Of a stretch of 64,000 nucleotides of DNA, positions 24,095-43,660 are shown piece by piece. The DNA is from Macrostomum hystrix (Eukaryota > Animalia > Platyhelminthes). Both the position numbers and the translations under genes were made by a program. The DNA lies in NCBI GenBank assembly GCA_950097015.1, contig CATNEN010000007.1:2108001-2172000 (forward strand), given 5' to 3'. Numbering within the stretch: the stretch's first letter is position 1; every line of letters starts with the position of its first letter. The notes below the pieces were generated by a model that did no database searches, was not told the DNA's origin, and worked only from the letters and a program-made list of their open reading frames with translations.

Positions 24095-24939
24095 CGCCAG
24101 TCAAGAACGCCGTGCAGTAACAGGCTGCAAAGGATCCCGTAATAGTTAGCCTCTTGGAACAGAACGCTTTGGTCCCGAAACCTAGGCATAGTTGTGTCAA
24201 CTATAAATCAGTAGTTGTTCTCATCAAATTTAGTTCTGTGATAATTTTTAGTAATGCTTTTTACATCGACCCAAGTATCAGATTTGCCACTGCTCAAATA
24301 CGAAAATATACAAAAGTTTGTTAGTACGCTGTAGATGTACTTATATTTACGTAAATAACAACCAGACAATAACCAATGACATATTTTAATGTGATTCCTA
24401 GTTCTGTTGTAATCTAAATTTTAATTGAGTCCACGAATTTGCGAAATTAGCAGCTAAAAATGTGAAAATACAACGTCTACTAAGTTTACTATTTTAACAA
24501 AAATTTTGTTTCTTTAAACTGAACTTGGACTTTTGCGTTATTGTACGTTATAGGTGACCTTCCCTTTCACTATGTTGCTATCAGAAGCTGTTGTCATGAA
24601 GATTTGTAGTCACAAAGTACTGGTCATGTTATCGCTCACTGCACTAATTCAAAAGCTTTGTATTGAAAACATTGCTAAACCTAGCTGCTTAGCCATTTCG
24701 AACGCGTTGCCAAGCTTCTTTAAACAACAAACAACCCACCCCAAAAACTGCTGTTATCTAATCTAAAATAAAGTTTTTGGACCTTCAATTCCCTGTTCTT
24801 ACTTGTGACCCAGCCGCTTATCTGACGATAGGCATGCTAGGTCCCGTGAGAGCGCTGGAGCTTTCTCTTGCTTCGCAGAATACTGGGCTTGTGTGCTCTT
24901 ACCATTAGAAAATACGAGTATGTCTAGGCTCGACATGTT

Positions 24940-25560
24940 ATTTTGCCCGCGTCCCCGCTGCGGGAATCCGCTGGCTATGCAACTTCCTGGCTCATTGCCA
25001 TGCTGGCGTGAGCAGCTCTGCTCCTCGCGTTGTTTATCAACGATCTTCCTGACCAGCTGCTCAACGACTGCACACCGTCGCTTTGCGTGGATGATCTGGT
25101 CATCGTAGTCGAGGGCCTGACCATGGAGGGGGCGGAGACAAAAGCACAACAGGCCATGGACTCAGTATCCGAGTGGTCAGTTGTCAGGATCCATCACCGA
25201 ATTGCTGGCACCGAACAAGTTCGCCGCTTCGTTTTTCACGACCACAGCCCGGGAGGTCAGCCATGAACTTAAGCTCAACATGAACCGTCACCCACACAAG
25301 CGTCATACTAGACCGTCTATCTCCGACCGAGCCCGCGCTCGCTTGCGTCCTGTAAAAGGACGCGGAAAGGATTTTGAATTGGTGCAGTCCAGCAAAAACA
25401 GGGGAGCCAAGCAGAGCAACGTGCGCCAGCTCTACACGGTCTTCGTGCGCCCTGTCCTTGAGTACGCCGCCGGTGCCTGGATGTTAGCAGCATGTAATAC
25501 GGCTATCGACTATCTGGACCAGGCACAGCACTAAGGCGCGCGCAGCAGCGCCGGATGCCC
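24940..25560 (+). mobile_element. Decayed non-LTR (LINE) reverse transcriptase fragment
   Basis: Remnant motifs IRWLCNFL, LFINDLPD...SLCVDDLVI and LYTVFVRPVLEYAAGAW, broken by deletions and frameshifts. Confidence 0.7.
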
Positions 25561-25732
25561 ACGGAGCACGAGCGCGGAAATGCTTGGCCGCGCAGCTGAC
25601 GATGACTCTTTGTCCAGAGACAACCAACTGCGCGACTGTGCTTTTAGCGACGGCCCGCGCCGCCGGCTTGGGCTGACGCGAAAAACCACTAAGGACTAGC
25701 AACGGCCTCCCTTGCGAAAGCATCCGCGCTGT

Positions 25733-27210
25733 TCCGATGTCACCTCACTATTTACCAATGTTCCGCTGAATCTGGCGATCGACATTGCTACCAATTTGGT
25801 CTTCAAAGACAACCCAGCGCCACCAATCCCGGAGAAAGTGTTTAAGAAATTGTTGGTTATTGCCACGTCTGGGATATTCCAATTCTGCGATAAGTACTTC
25901 CAGCAAATTGACGGCTGCGCTATGGGCAGCCCTCTTGCCCCCACTCTTGCTAACGTTTGCATGTCACATTGGGAGAAAACCTGGATGGAAAAAAGCTGTG
26001 TACTACTGTGTGCTCCGAAATTTTACAAACGGTATGTCGATGACACATGCGCTATTTTTGATAACGAGGAAGACTTTCTGCAATTTTTCAACACAATAAA
26101 CGCCACCCATCCTAACATTAAATTCACCGTGGAATATGGCGGATAGAAACTACCGTTCCTTGACATCGCGATCCATCTGAAGGACTGCGCTATTGAGACC
26201 GAAGTGTATCGCAAGCCCACATTCACTAACTTGATGCTTAATTTCCAGGCGATGTGCCGCAGGGAATGGAAGACGGGAGTCATTCGTTGTCTGCTTCATC
26301 GTGCCTATATAGAATGTTGCTCTTGGTCGTTGCTGCACAACAAGTTTACCAACATTATCAATATTCTCACTGCCAATGGATACCCTAGCAACTACATCAT
26401 GAAGGTTATTGGTAATTTCTTAGATGAAAAAATTGAAAAAAAGCTTAAACCTAAGTGGCCAGATAGAGAACCAGGAGAACCAATCTTGACTCTTCCTTTT
26501 TTGGGCAACTCTTCGATTGTGTTTAAGAGGCAAATTCGCAAAACTTGGCAAAAATTCTTTAAGACTAAGATTCATGTTGTGTTCCGTACTCATAAAGTCA
26601 GTCAATTTGTTGGGAGTTTAAAGTCTCGTGTTCCATGTGCTCTCAAGGCAGGTGTCATCTATCGTTTTCATTGCTCTGTTGACCAGAGCATTACCTACAT
26701 TGGTAAAACCAAGCGACACCTACTCACGAGAGCCAAGGAACATAGGCAACGAAACTCTCCGATTCATGAACATTTGCTGCAATGCCATGGTTGTTGTGAT
26801 GAGCCAGACATAACCTCTCATTTCAAGGTCATAGACAACAGCAAAAACGAGCATAAACTTAACATTCTTGAAGCTCTGCACATTAAGTTACACAAACCCA
26901 CTCTCAATGTCCAACTATCTGGAGGAGGTGCGAGTGAACAGCTGTTGGTGTTCTAGGCTAGAGTACATTTGGGGCGCATACGCCTCATTCTCTCTCTCTC
27001 TTTCTCTCTCCCTCTCTCTCTCTCTCTTTCTCTCAGTCCTGTCATTCGACAAAAATATTATGAACATTGCTATACTGTACATTGATCCTTTAGTCCTTTT
27101 ATATCTTTTCAATACCTGACTTTGTCGTCTACACAGTATTTAATAGGTTGAAATAAATTCTGTTCGATAGTGCCTGAAGATGGCTAGTTTTAGCCGAAAC
27201 GCGTCGCAAA
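25733..27210 (+). mobile_element. Penelope-like element (RT + GIY-YIG), 5'-truncated, one in-frame stop
   Basis: DVTSLFTNVP, QQIDGCAMGSPLAPTLAN, RYVDD, HPNIKFTVE, TAG at 26144-26146, LPFLD, VYRKPT; GIY-YIG GVIYRFHC...YIGKTKRHLLTRAKEH...LEALHI; ORF ends at 26956. Confidence 0.9.
27171..27208 (+). ncRNA. Minimal type I hammerhead ribozyme in the Penelope 3' tail
   Basis: TGC-CTGAAGA-T-GGCTA gttt TAGCC-GAAAC-GC-GTC-GCA: complete catalytic core, perfect stem II, palindromic ACGCGT stem III and GUC cleavage triplet. Confidence 0.8.
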
Positions 27211-27627
27211 TAATATTGAGTTTTGTCTTACTGTACCGTTTTAATCGTAAACATGCACGCATATATCTAGTTTCTGTAACTCACGCTAACATCCAAGTTG
27301 GAATGAATTTTCGTTTAAAACAAACTTTAGAACTCAAACTTTCAGACAAGAATAACACGATCCAACCATGGCTATCGAGTGACTGATGTCTACAATTGAA
27401 GTTTTGCTTTAACTTTGGACATTGCGTGCTTTTCATTGGGATTTCCATGGCTTTTTTGTATTTCTAGAGCCTATTCTTTAACAAAAGACCGATCCGTCTA
27501 ACAGTCTTAATTAACTAGTCAACATACTCGTATGCGAATTGCTCTATTACAAATTGTTTAGTGTCTTCATTTAGCTCCGAATTCCACGGCGATTCCGCGG
27601 GGCGTTTTCATGTGAGTCTGCTCACCG

Positions 27628-28883
27628 TCACAGTACAGCACATAAACACGAGCCTCTGAAACCAAACAGTTGATGATGCACAGATTTAATACGTAAGCAG
27701 AGCAAGGAAAGGTGTGACCGCAGCTCTTATGTACAAAAACTAGATCATGACTTGACATAACTAACACAGGCGACCCCTATAAGCCGTGAAGGCCATGATA
27801 CTCGTCAGCCGCTGCTTGTTTCCAGTTTCTCGCCTTATCGCCATGAATTCCTCCGAACCCTGCTTGAGGCCCAGGGCAGTCGTGATCTTGTCGACCGTTG
27901 AAAACTTGATGAACTCGTTGCCGCTGTTGTCAGGGAGGCTGTCAACTTCCACGAAATCACCAGACGCCTTCCTGTAGAACTAAGACCAAAGTGCTGCGGA
28001 AAGTTCACGCGATGTTACATGTTTCTGTGTGGTCTAAAGACTGCAGAATTCCTTAGACCGCTGCAAGAAGCATTTAAAATGCTATCTGAAATATTACAGC
28101 CGAATGTATCAGCGGCATGTATGAATTGGTGCACTGTTTCTGGTACAAAAGTGCATTTTCAGAAGATTCAGTGCAACATGAGGTTCAGATGATAAGGTTA
28201 GAATCAGCTCTCACATGACATGACAAATAGCACCGGATTGCAAAACAGACTCACATAGCATTTATAGAATAGTATCTACCCAACTGCAGGGGGTCGGTGG
28301 CAGAGCGGTTATCGCGTTTGCCTCTCGCACCACGGTCCCTAAGTTCGACTCCACGGCGAGGCCACATTTATTTGGAGCGCAGCCGCGGAGAGAAGGCTTG
28401 GGGGCTTGTGCAATTCGTGCAATTTACGCCCTTGAGGGCCAACCTCCAAGGCACAGTGAAATGTACACTGCCTGACGATGAGAAAGTCAGGGCAGATGTA
28501 CACACCTGTGTGAGCGTATGCCTGCGTACAGTATCTGAGTGCGTGTGCTCAGGAGTCAGCGAAATGGGCAGAATTGCCTCCTCGCTGGCTGCGGGTCTAG
28601 TGTCACTAAATGATGTGCCACTGCCCGCAGCCCTCCTGCAATTATTATTATTATTATTATCTACCCAACTGCAGTAAGTGGTGCTTCTCCTCTAGGCTGA
28701 GCTTGTCATAGTTGTTGTAGTCTGTGTAGACCTCGGGAAGCTGGCCGTCTCGCAGACAGAGCTCACGCAGCCCAGATAGTACATCATCCTGGCCACGCAG
28801 TTTTTCGGCACCGCAGTGTGCACTCCCGTCACTTCAGTGTGCAAATTTCTCGTCAGCTGGCGACCTACAGCAACCTGAGCCAT
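27628..28883 (-). pseudogene. Small CaaX-terminated protein family, copy 5 (disrupted)
   Basis: ATG at 28883; 1-nt frameshift near 28750; SINE inserted in exon 1; exon-1 remainder ends at donor 28255; exon 2 from 27971 lacks its 3' part; terminal exon 27655-27628 encodes GSCLCAVL*. Confidence 0.78.
28290..28657 (+). mobile_element. SINE family A, full length, inserted in coding exon 1 of copy 5
   Basis: A-box, B-box GTTCGACTCC, (ATT)n tail, and 17-bp TSD TATCTACCCAACTGCAG (28273-28289 / 28658-28674). Confidence 0.92.
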
Positions 28884-29623
28884 TCTGATCAACAATTTTC
28901 AAGGCTCAACTGGCGCTTCTGCTTGAATGGCTGACTTGGAATGTTTACTAAACTTGCCTTATGTTTATATATTCAAATATAGCGATGCTCCATGGCAACT
29001 AATAATACCGATATACTCGTACTAATATATCAGGGATTTTCAGAATGTCGCCAGTCACTTGCAGCCTGTTGGTTTCTTATCAAAGCCTTGTAGCCTTATT
29101 AAGGCTGTAGCTCAATTTAATTCATGCCATTCGTTAAAAAGAAAATTTCACATTAAGCTTGTGTGCCCTGGTAACCAAGCAGCTTTATAAGTTAAAAAAC
29201 TTTCTTGGGCGTTTCATGGCTCCAGTTTATTTACTAAGGCTGTCGCAGGCAGATAGCCTTTGCACAGAAATATAACGAACTCAGAGCGAGCAGATCAAAA
29301 AACACATTTAAAATATTAAGCCAATAACAATATCCCTTAAGCAAAACTAGCCATCCACTAGCACTGGTCTACCAATAATCAGAGCAAACAAAAATTTCAA
29401 ATAAAAAGCCGAGATTTATATCTAGATTATGTAAGAAAATTGTAACCAAAATGAAGCAGAGTACGTAAGAAACTCAAATAGAGCTTCTGCAAGTCCAACC
29501 CGAATCTAGAGCTCTTCTAGCCTTATAGGAACTGACTTATTGTCAAATAAGAATACAGCCAGTCAGATAGCAGAGGATTCTCCAGGATTCAGCTCGCCAG
29601 TTTGTCCTCTCTTGGTCACCGTC

Positions 29624-38529
<8,906 letters not shown>

Positions 38530-38993
38530 CACATAAATTACACGCGAGCTGTTGCAGCATGAAATTATCACGCAAATACAAAAATGATGTGATTTCTCTG
38601 AAATCCAGCTAGTGCGAATAAAACTGCTAAGCAACGCGATGTTGATATAAATTACCAAATGGTTGTAAATTATCTATATAGATTAAAAAAAACTGTATTT
38701 AGAGCTGTGTTTTTTTTCGTCAATTTAATAACACGAAAATTTTTGTCTAGCATTTTGTTTTACTTAGTAATGTAGTGATTTAATTTATTGGAACGAATTG
38801 CGTGAATCGACTTTACATGTAACAAATCACCTAATGTTACTGTATTTATTGAAATTTCCGATTATATACATAAGGAAAATAGCCATGGCATAACAATAAC
38901 AATGTCAAAGAAACAAAATTTAACTGTTTCAGAGTTCAGAGTTAGACAGGTCAAGGTCAATTCGTGACTACTTTTCTATTAATTGCTTGCGAG

Positions 38994-40410
38994 TCACCTC
39001 AAGGCCTGGGGATACACCACATTCTTCGTTCTTCCCCTTGGTGCGAAAATGAATAGGCCAGCTGGAGTTCCAACACGGGAGCAGGCGACATAAAGCTGCA
39101 ATGCGAGAAGCAAGGAGTCTCCAGGTTGATGCCAGCCACCTTCAGCGACTGTCCCTGAGCCTTGTTAATAGTCATCGCAAAGCACACTCTCACAGGGAAC
39201 TGCAGTCGCTTGAACTGAAATGGCAGGTCCGTGGGGATAATTGGAATCCGGGGAACGAATACAGACTCTCCTCTGCCAGATCCAGTCATTATCGTGGCCT
39301 CAATCACGTGTGGGAAGAGCCGCCTGACTATCAGTCTGGTGCCGTTACACAGCCTTGGCGCATTCAGGTTGCGGAGGAGCATAATTGGTGCCCCAACTTT
39401 CAGCTGCAAGTTGTGCGATGGAGTTCCAGGAGGATCTAGAGAGTTCAGAAACTCAACAGGATACTCCACAGCGGTGTCATCAGTCAACGTTGTATCAATT
39501 GACTTGTAGGTGAAAACTGCACCTGGCAACTCCTGAAGCAGTTGGTAGTTAATTTCGTTGGCGGCATCATTTCTAGGACACAGAATTGCCCTCTCTGACA
39601 GCCAGTCAACGTCAGCATATCGAACCATCAGGTTCGGGTAAACTTTTGCCTTGAGCTTTTTTGACGATTTTTGAGCAGTTTTTTGCACTTTTGAGCAGGA
39701 AGGAAATGATTTTTCGGGAATTTGAGTAGCCTATTGCACTCAGCGTAGGTGGTTTTAGGTATGTGCAAAGTTTGGTGCGATTTGGTTGAGCGGTTTCGGC
39801 GTCTATAAAGACAAAAGACAGACACTGGGACGCCACCGCACTCACCGCACTCAGTCTCAGTGCTGCTTGGGGGCCAGTAGACAGTCTAGGGGTTTGGGCT
39901 GTGTACATTCACGGCTTGAAATACAATGTACAGTCTGGGGCTTCGGCGCCCGGGGAAGGGAGGGGGGTGGCTGTAATAAAATTTGGCCCGCAGAGTGGCG
40001 GAGGGGAGTTGGGGTGGCTGTCCTCGGAAAACAAAAAGTGACTCACTTTGAGATGATGCAGCTTTGCTCTGGATTGAGTAGAGATGTTCAAAATTGACAG
40101 CATTGTTGGAAAACATGTAAAGTGTAAGTGGATCAAATTTGGAGAAAATCTGACAAAGTGGGGCGACGATATGTCGAATTGAGTGATTTTTTGACGATTT
40201 TTAAGCAGTTTTTTGCACTTTTGAGCAGGAAGGAAATGATTTTTCGGGAATTTGAGTAGCCTATTGCACTCAGCGTAGGTGGTTTTAGGTATGTGCAAAG
40301 TTTGGTGCGATTTGGTTGAGCGGTTTCGGCGTCTATAAAGACAAAAGGTTGCACACAGACAGACAGACAGACAGACAGAGTTTTCACTTTTATATATATA
40401 GATAGATAGA
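38994..40410 (-). mobile_element. Helitron remnant (5' end plus C-terminal PIF1-like helicase fragment)
   Basis: A|TCTATCTATC...(GTCT)n 5' end at 40410. Helicase motifs RAILCPRN, LKVGAPIMLLRNL, LCNGTRL, RLQFPVRVCFAMTINKAQGQSL, then after a 1-nt frameshift QLYVACSRV...TKNVVYPQAL*. The 3' end was not identified. Confidence 0.88.
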
Positions 40411-40457
40411 TACTCCGCATTTAAGAAGGAAGGAAGGAAAGTCATGGGGGTCGCTCT

Positions 40458-43353
40458 CCCATTGGCTGGAGCCACCCCTGCCTTCTGCCCGTGCTTGCGT
40501 CCTATGTAGAAGAATGTTTTCGCCAAAGCTTTTCTGGATTGGATGTTCGAATCGGGTGCAATCGTCCCGAAAAGCCCATTTCCTCGTTGCTAGTGTCCCC
40601 CAGAAAATGGGGGGTATCTAATTTTGACTTACTCGTAAATGACCAAGCTGACTTGGGAGGCTATTCCATAGTTGCTGCCATGGGAAACTCGCCACCGTCA
40701 CCAGTTTTCCAATTCGGCCTATTTGCGTTTGAAAGTTTAGATTGATTCTTGAAGAGCACCGGTTGCATATTCTCAGCTCATCTGGCGCTTCAGAATACTC
40801 AAGGGTAACCAAGTTTTCGCAAATTTCCTTTTCTTTTTCCTCTCCTTCAAAGGGAGTTAAAAAGGTACTGACAGTTCAATCAAAGGTATTTAGTCTTCCT
40901 GAGACTATAGTCTTGCTGCGCTTCAACGTAGGCGCCTGAATCATCGGAATCGTATCCGGAGCCTAGAAGTTTATTCTGAATGACATTCACAATCAAGTTC
41001 CACCGTTCTCTCATAATTTTTAATTGGCACAGTTTCCGCTTTCTGTTTCGATGTTACCGCATTTAAAAGATCGAAGACATTGCTACCACTCCATGTCTTA
41101 CCCTAAAATATTACTTCCCAATAATTATTGAATCGCAGATTTTCGTCAATAGACTCAATACTCTCTGTAGACGATCCGGAAAATGTTGTTCCACACTTGA
41201 AAGACTTTGCTGCTGTTAGCCTTTTTTGAAGTTGAGTAGTTCAACCAATTTTTCATATTCCAACTTTTTAGGCTGCAGAAATATTCTCTGCCTCAGGCGA
41301 TTAAACTCTTCTTCAGGGACCAAAAAGTAGTTTTCCATTATTTGCCAAGTATCCCTCCAACGAGACCTGAGATTAGCGGGGCTGCTACTGACGCAAGGAT
41401 AGGACGAAACCTCCGACTTGTGGACTAATCAGAAGCATTTCTCGCTTCCTTTTTGTAGACAATTTCTGATTAGACATTTCTGATTAGCTCACGCAGTGCC
41501 CTTCGATGGCGTTTCAGCCTACTAAACTGTTTAGATAATAGACCAATTGTTTAGACCAATATTGCCTCTCAGAAAGTTGTGTCGTGACTTACACGCAAAT
41601 TTAAGAGAGGCTTGAACAATGCTTGGTTGTTGGTGCGATGCGATGGAGAGTAGCGAAGTCAAGTGAAGTGTGAGAGGGCGTTGTGCCCTGGACTATATAT
41701 TTAAACATGGTTAAGTCGGACAGACTGGAGGAGGTCGGCGGTACGATAACAAGAGTGCGCGACTGAGGGTAGGAGAGGATGCTAGAATGTGAGCGGCGGA
41801 CCAATCAGAAAGGAGGAAAGAAAGAAAGGATAGAGAATGAGAGATCAGCCGCAGAGATAACGAGAGAGAAAGAACTAGATTGAACTGGACGATGTAAACA
41901 AGAAAAGTGCAGAGAACGAGAGTGAATAGAGGACAGAAGGCAGAGACGAAAGTCGCGACACGTTGTGTGACAGCTCGCACAAACAGGAATAAGCTTATCG
42001 CCGCCCCCTGCGAGTAACGCACGTCTTTGTAGAGGTCTTGCTGTTGCCAGAGCACAAGAACAAAGCCAAGAAATTCTGTCAGACATTAGAATTTTTCTTC
42101 TGCCAATATTAAAATGAGTATTTATTTATTTATAGAGTGAGGTTTACTTAAAAATTCAAAATATCATTCGCGTGATCATGCATTTGACACAATTCGTCAA
42201 ATTTTCGAACACCGAGAAAAACTATCTTGCCATTTTTACCGCACAAGAGACATTTGGCCTGGCGAATAAGGAACTTCATGATAAGCCCTCATAAATTTCA
42301 TAAACTTCATAAATTTCACCCTCCCATTCAATCCAATGCGAGACAATGTGCGAAAAATCAGGTCTGTTTACTTCAGCCCTGTAAGTACTTGTTATGAGTA
42401 CAACACTGGTTGGTACACAAGCTTTAAACAAGCGAAAAACTTCATTCACTGAACGACAACCGAATAAAATAGCCGAAAGTGCACAATAACAATGCTTCGG
42501 AATGAATTTATTTCTCCCTCCTAAAACCATTATTTTATTTCTTTTTAGTTGGGGAATCTGTCCTACACTCGCAGTTGTTTAACCAAATTCTTGGTACCCA
42601 AAGTCTGAGCGTTCCTAATTCGAAAGCTGCCTGCATTACTGGCAAGACCATAACATGCGATTTTTGTGTGTACTTGTCTGACCAATGCTTTCTCCCCCAA
42701 GGTTTCATGAAAGATTGCCTGTTCCGAATCTTGAACTGTTCTAGTTCTAGAGTTCCTTCCAGCTCAATACAATTAACATCGGTGACAAAGTTGATTCGAC
42801 AAAGCAAGCAGAAATCCGTGTGCTCTTCATCACTCATTCTCTGAAAAATGCAATCTTTTTGTCAGGTAAAAAAACGTAGAAAAAATATAGGTTAATTTTT
42901 TCTCGTGAAATGGATCAGATAAAACCGGTAGAACCGTTAATTACGCAATCTCCTTTGTTTGCTATACAGATCAAATATGCCCCTATAAATACCAATGAAA
43001 CTGAGCGTCAGAGCCAGTCAAAAAATGTAACAATGTCAATCTCCTCTGCGAAGAACTATTATATGAGGTTTACAAACCGAATTGTCCCAAGTCTCTCTCT
43101 ATTGATTTATTTCATCAGACATACGCGGTTGGAGAAAGAATCGGTGGCTTTGCAACTGCCTACAATATTATAAGACCCAGTAGTGGGACTCCTGGTGAGA
43201 TATTAAGGAGGGGTGAGACTTAGGGTGAGATTCAGGGTGAGATTCAGAGTGGGTTAAGATTCAGAGTGAGATTCAGCGGGTAGAAGGCTGGGGGAGAAGG
43301 TGGGGTGGGTGGGCAGAAGGCGGGCAGAAGGCAGGGTGGCTCCAGCCAATGGG
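40458..43353. mobile_element. TIR-bounded DNA element with unrecognised coding remnants
   Basis: ~35-bp inverted repeats CCCATTGGCTGGAGCCACC(C)CTGCCTTCTGCCCG at 40458 and ending at 43353; subterminal GTGAGATTCAG repeats at ~43195-43280. No clean TSD. Confidence 0.55.
41580..42085. repeat. Possible solo LTR
   Basis: TGTC...GACA termini, strong purine/pyrimidine strand skew, CCAAT and TATA-like motifs. No matching TSD. Confidence 0.4.
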
Positions 43354-43660
43354 TCGCTGACTGTACGGTAAACAGTTGGAGGCGGGATTCGAATCAAAGG
43401 CCGTGTTAATGGATAAATGACTTCACGTGCAAGGCCATTCCAAATTTATTTATTCTACCTTACTAGCTAGTTTATGGGGATCACAAAGAGAGTTCAACTA
43501 AACTTAGGGTCTTCAATTATTTGATTGACTGTCCAGCTCGTACTAAAGTGTTAAATCTGTGATGTGAATTTGAAGTACTTTAAAATCCATTTTGATAGTT
43601 GGCATTAATGGGTAAAAAAACTCTGTCCTCCAGCTCAGAACATAAATTTGAATCATTGCA

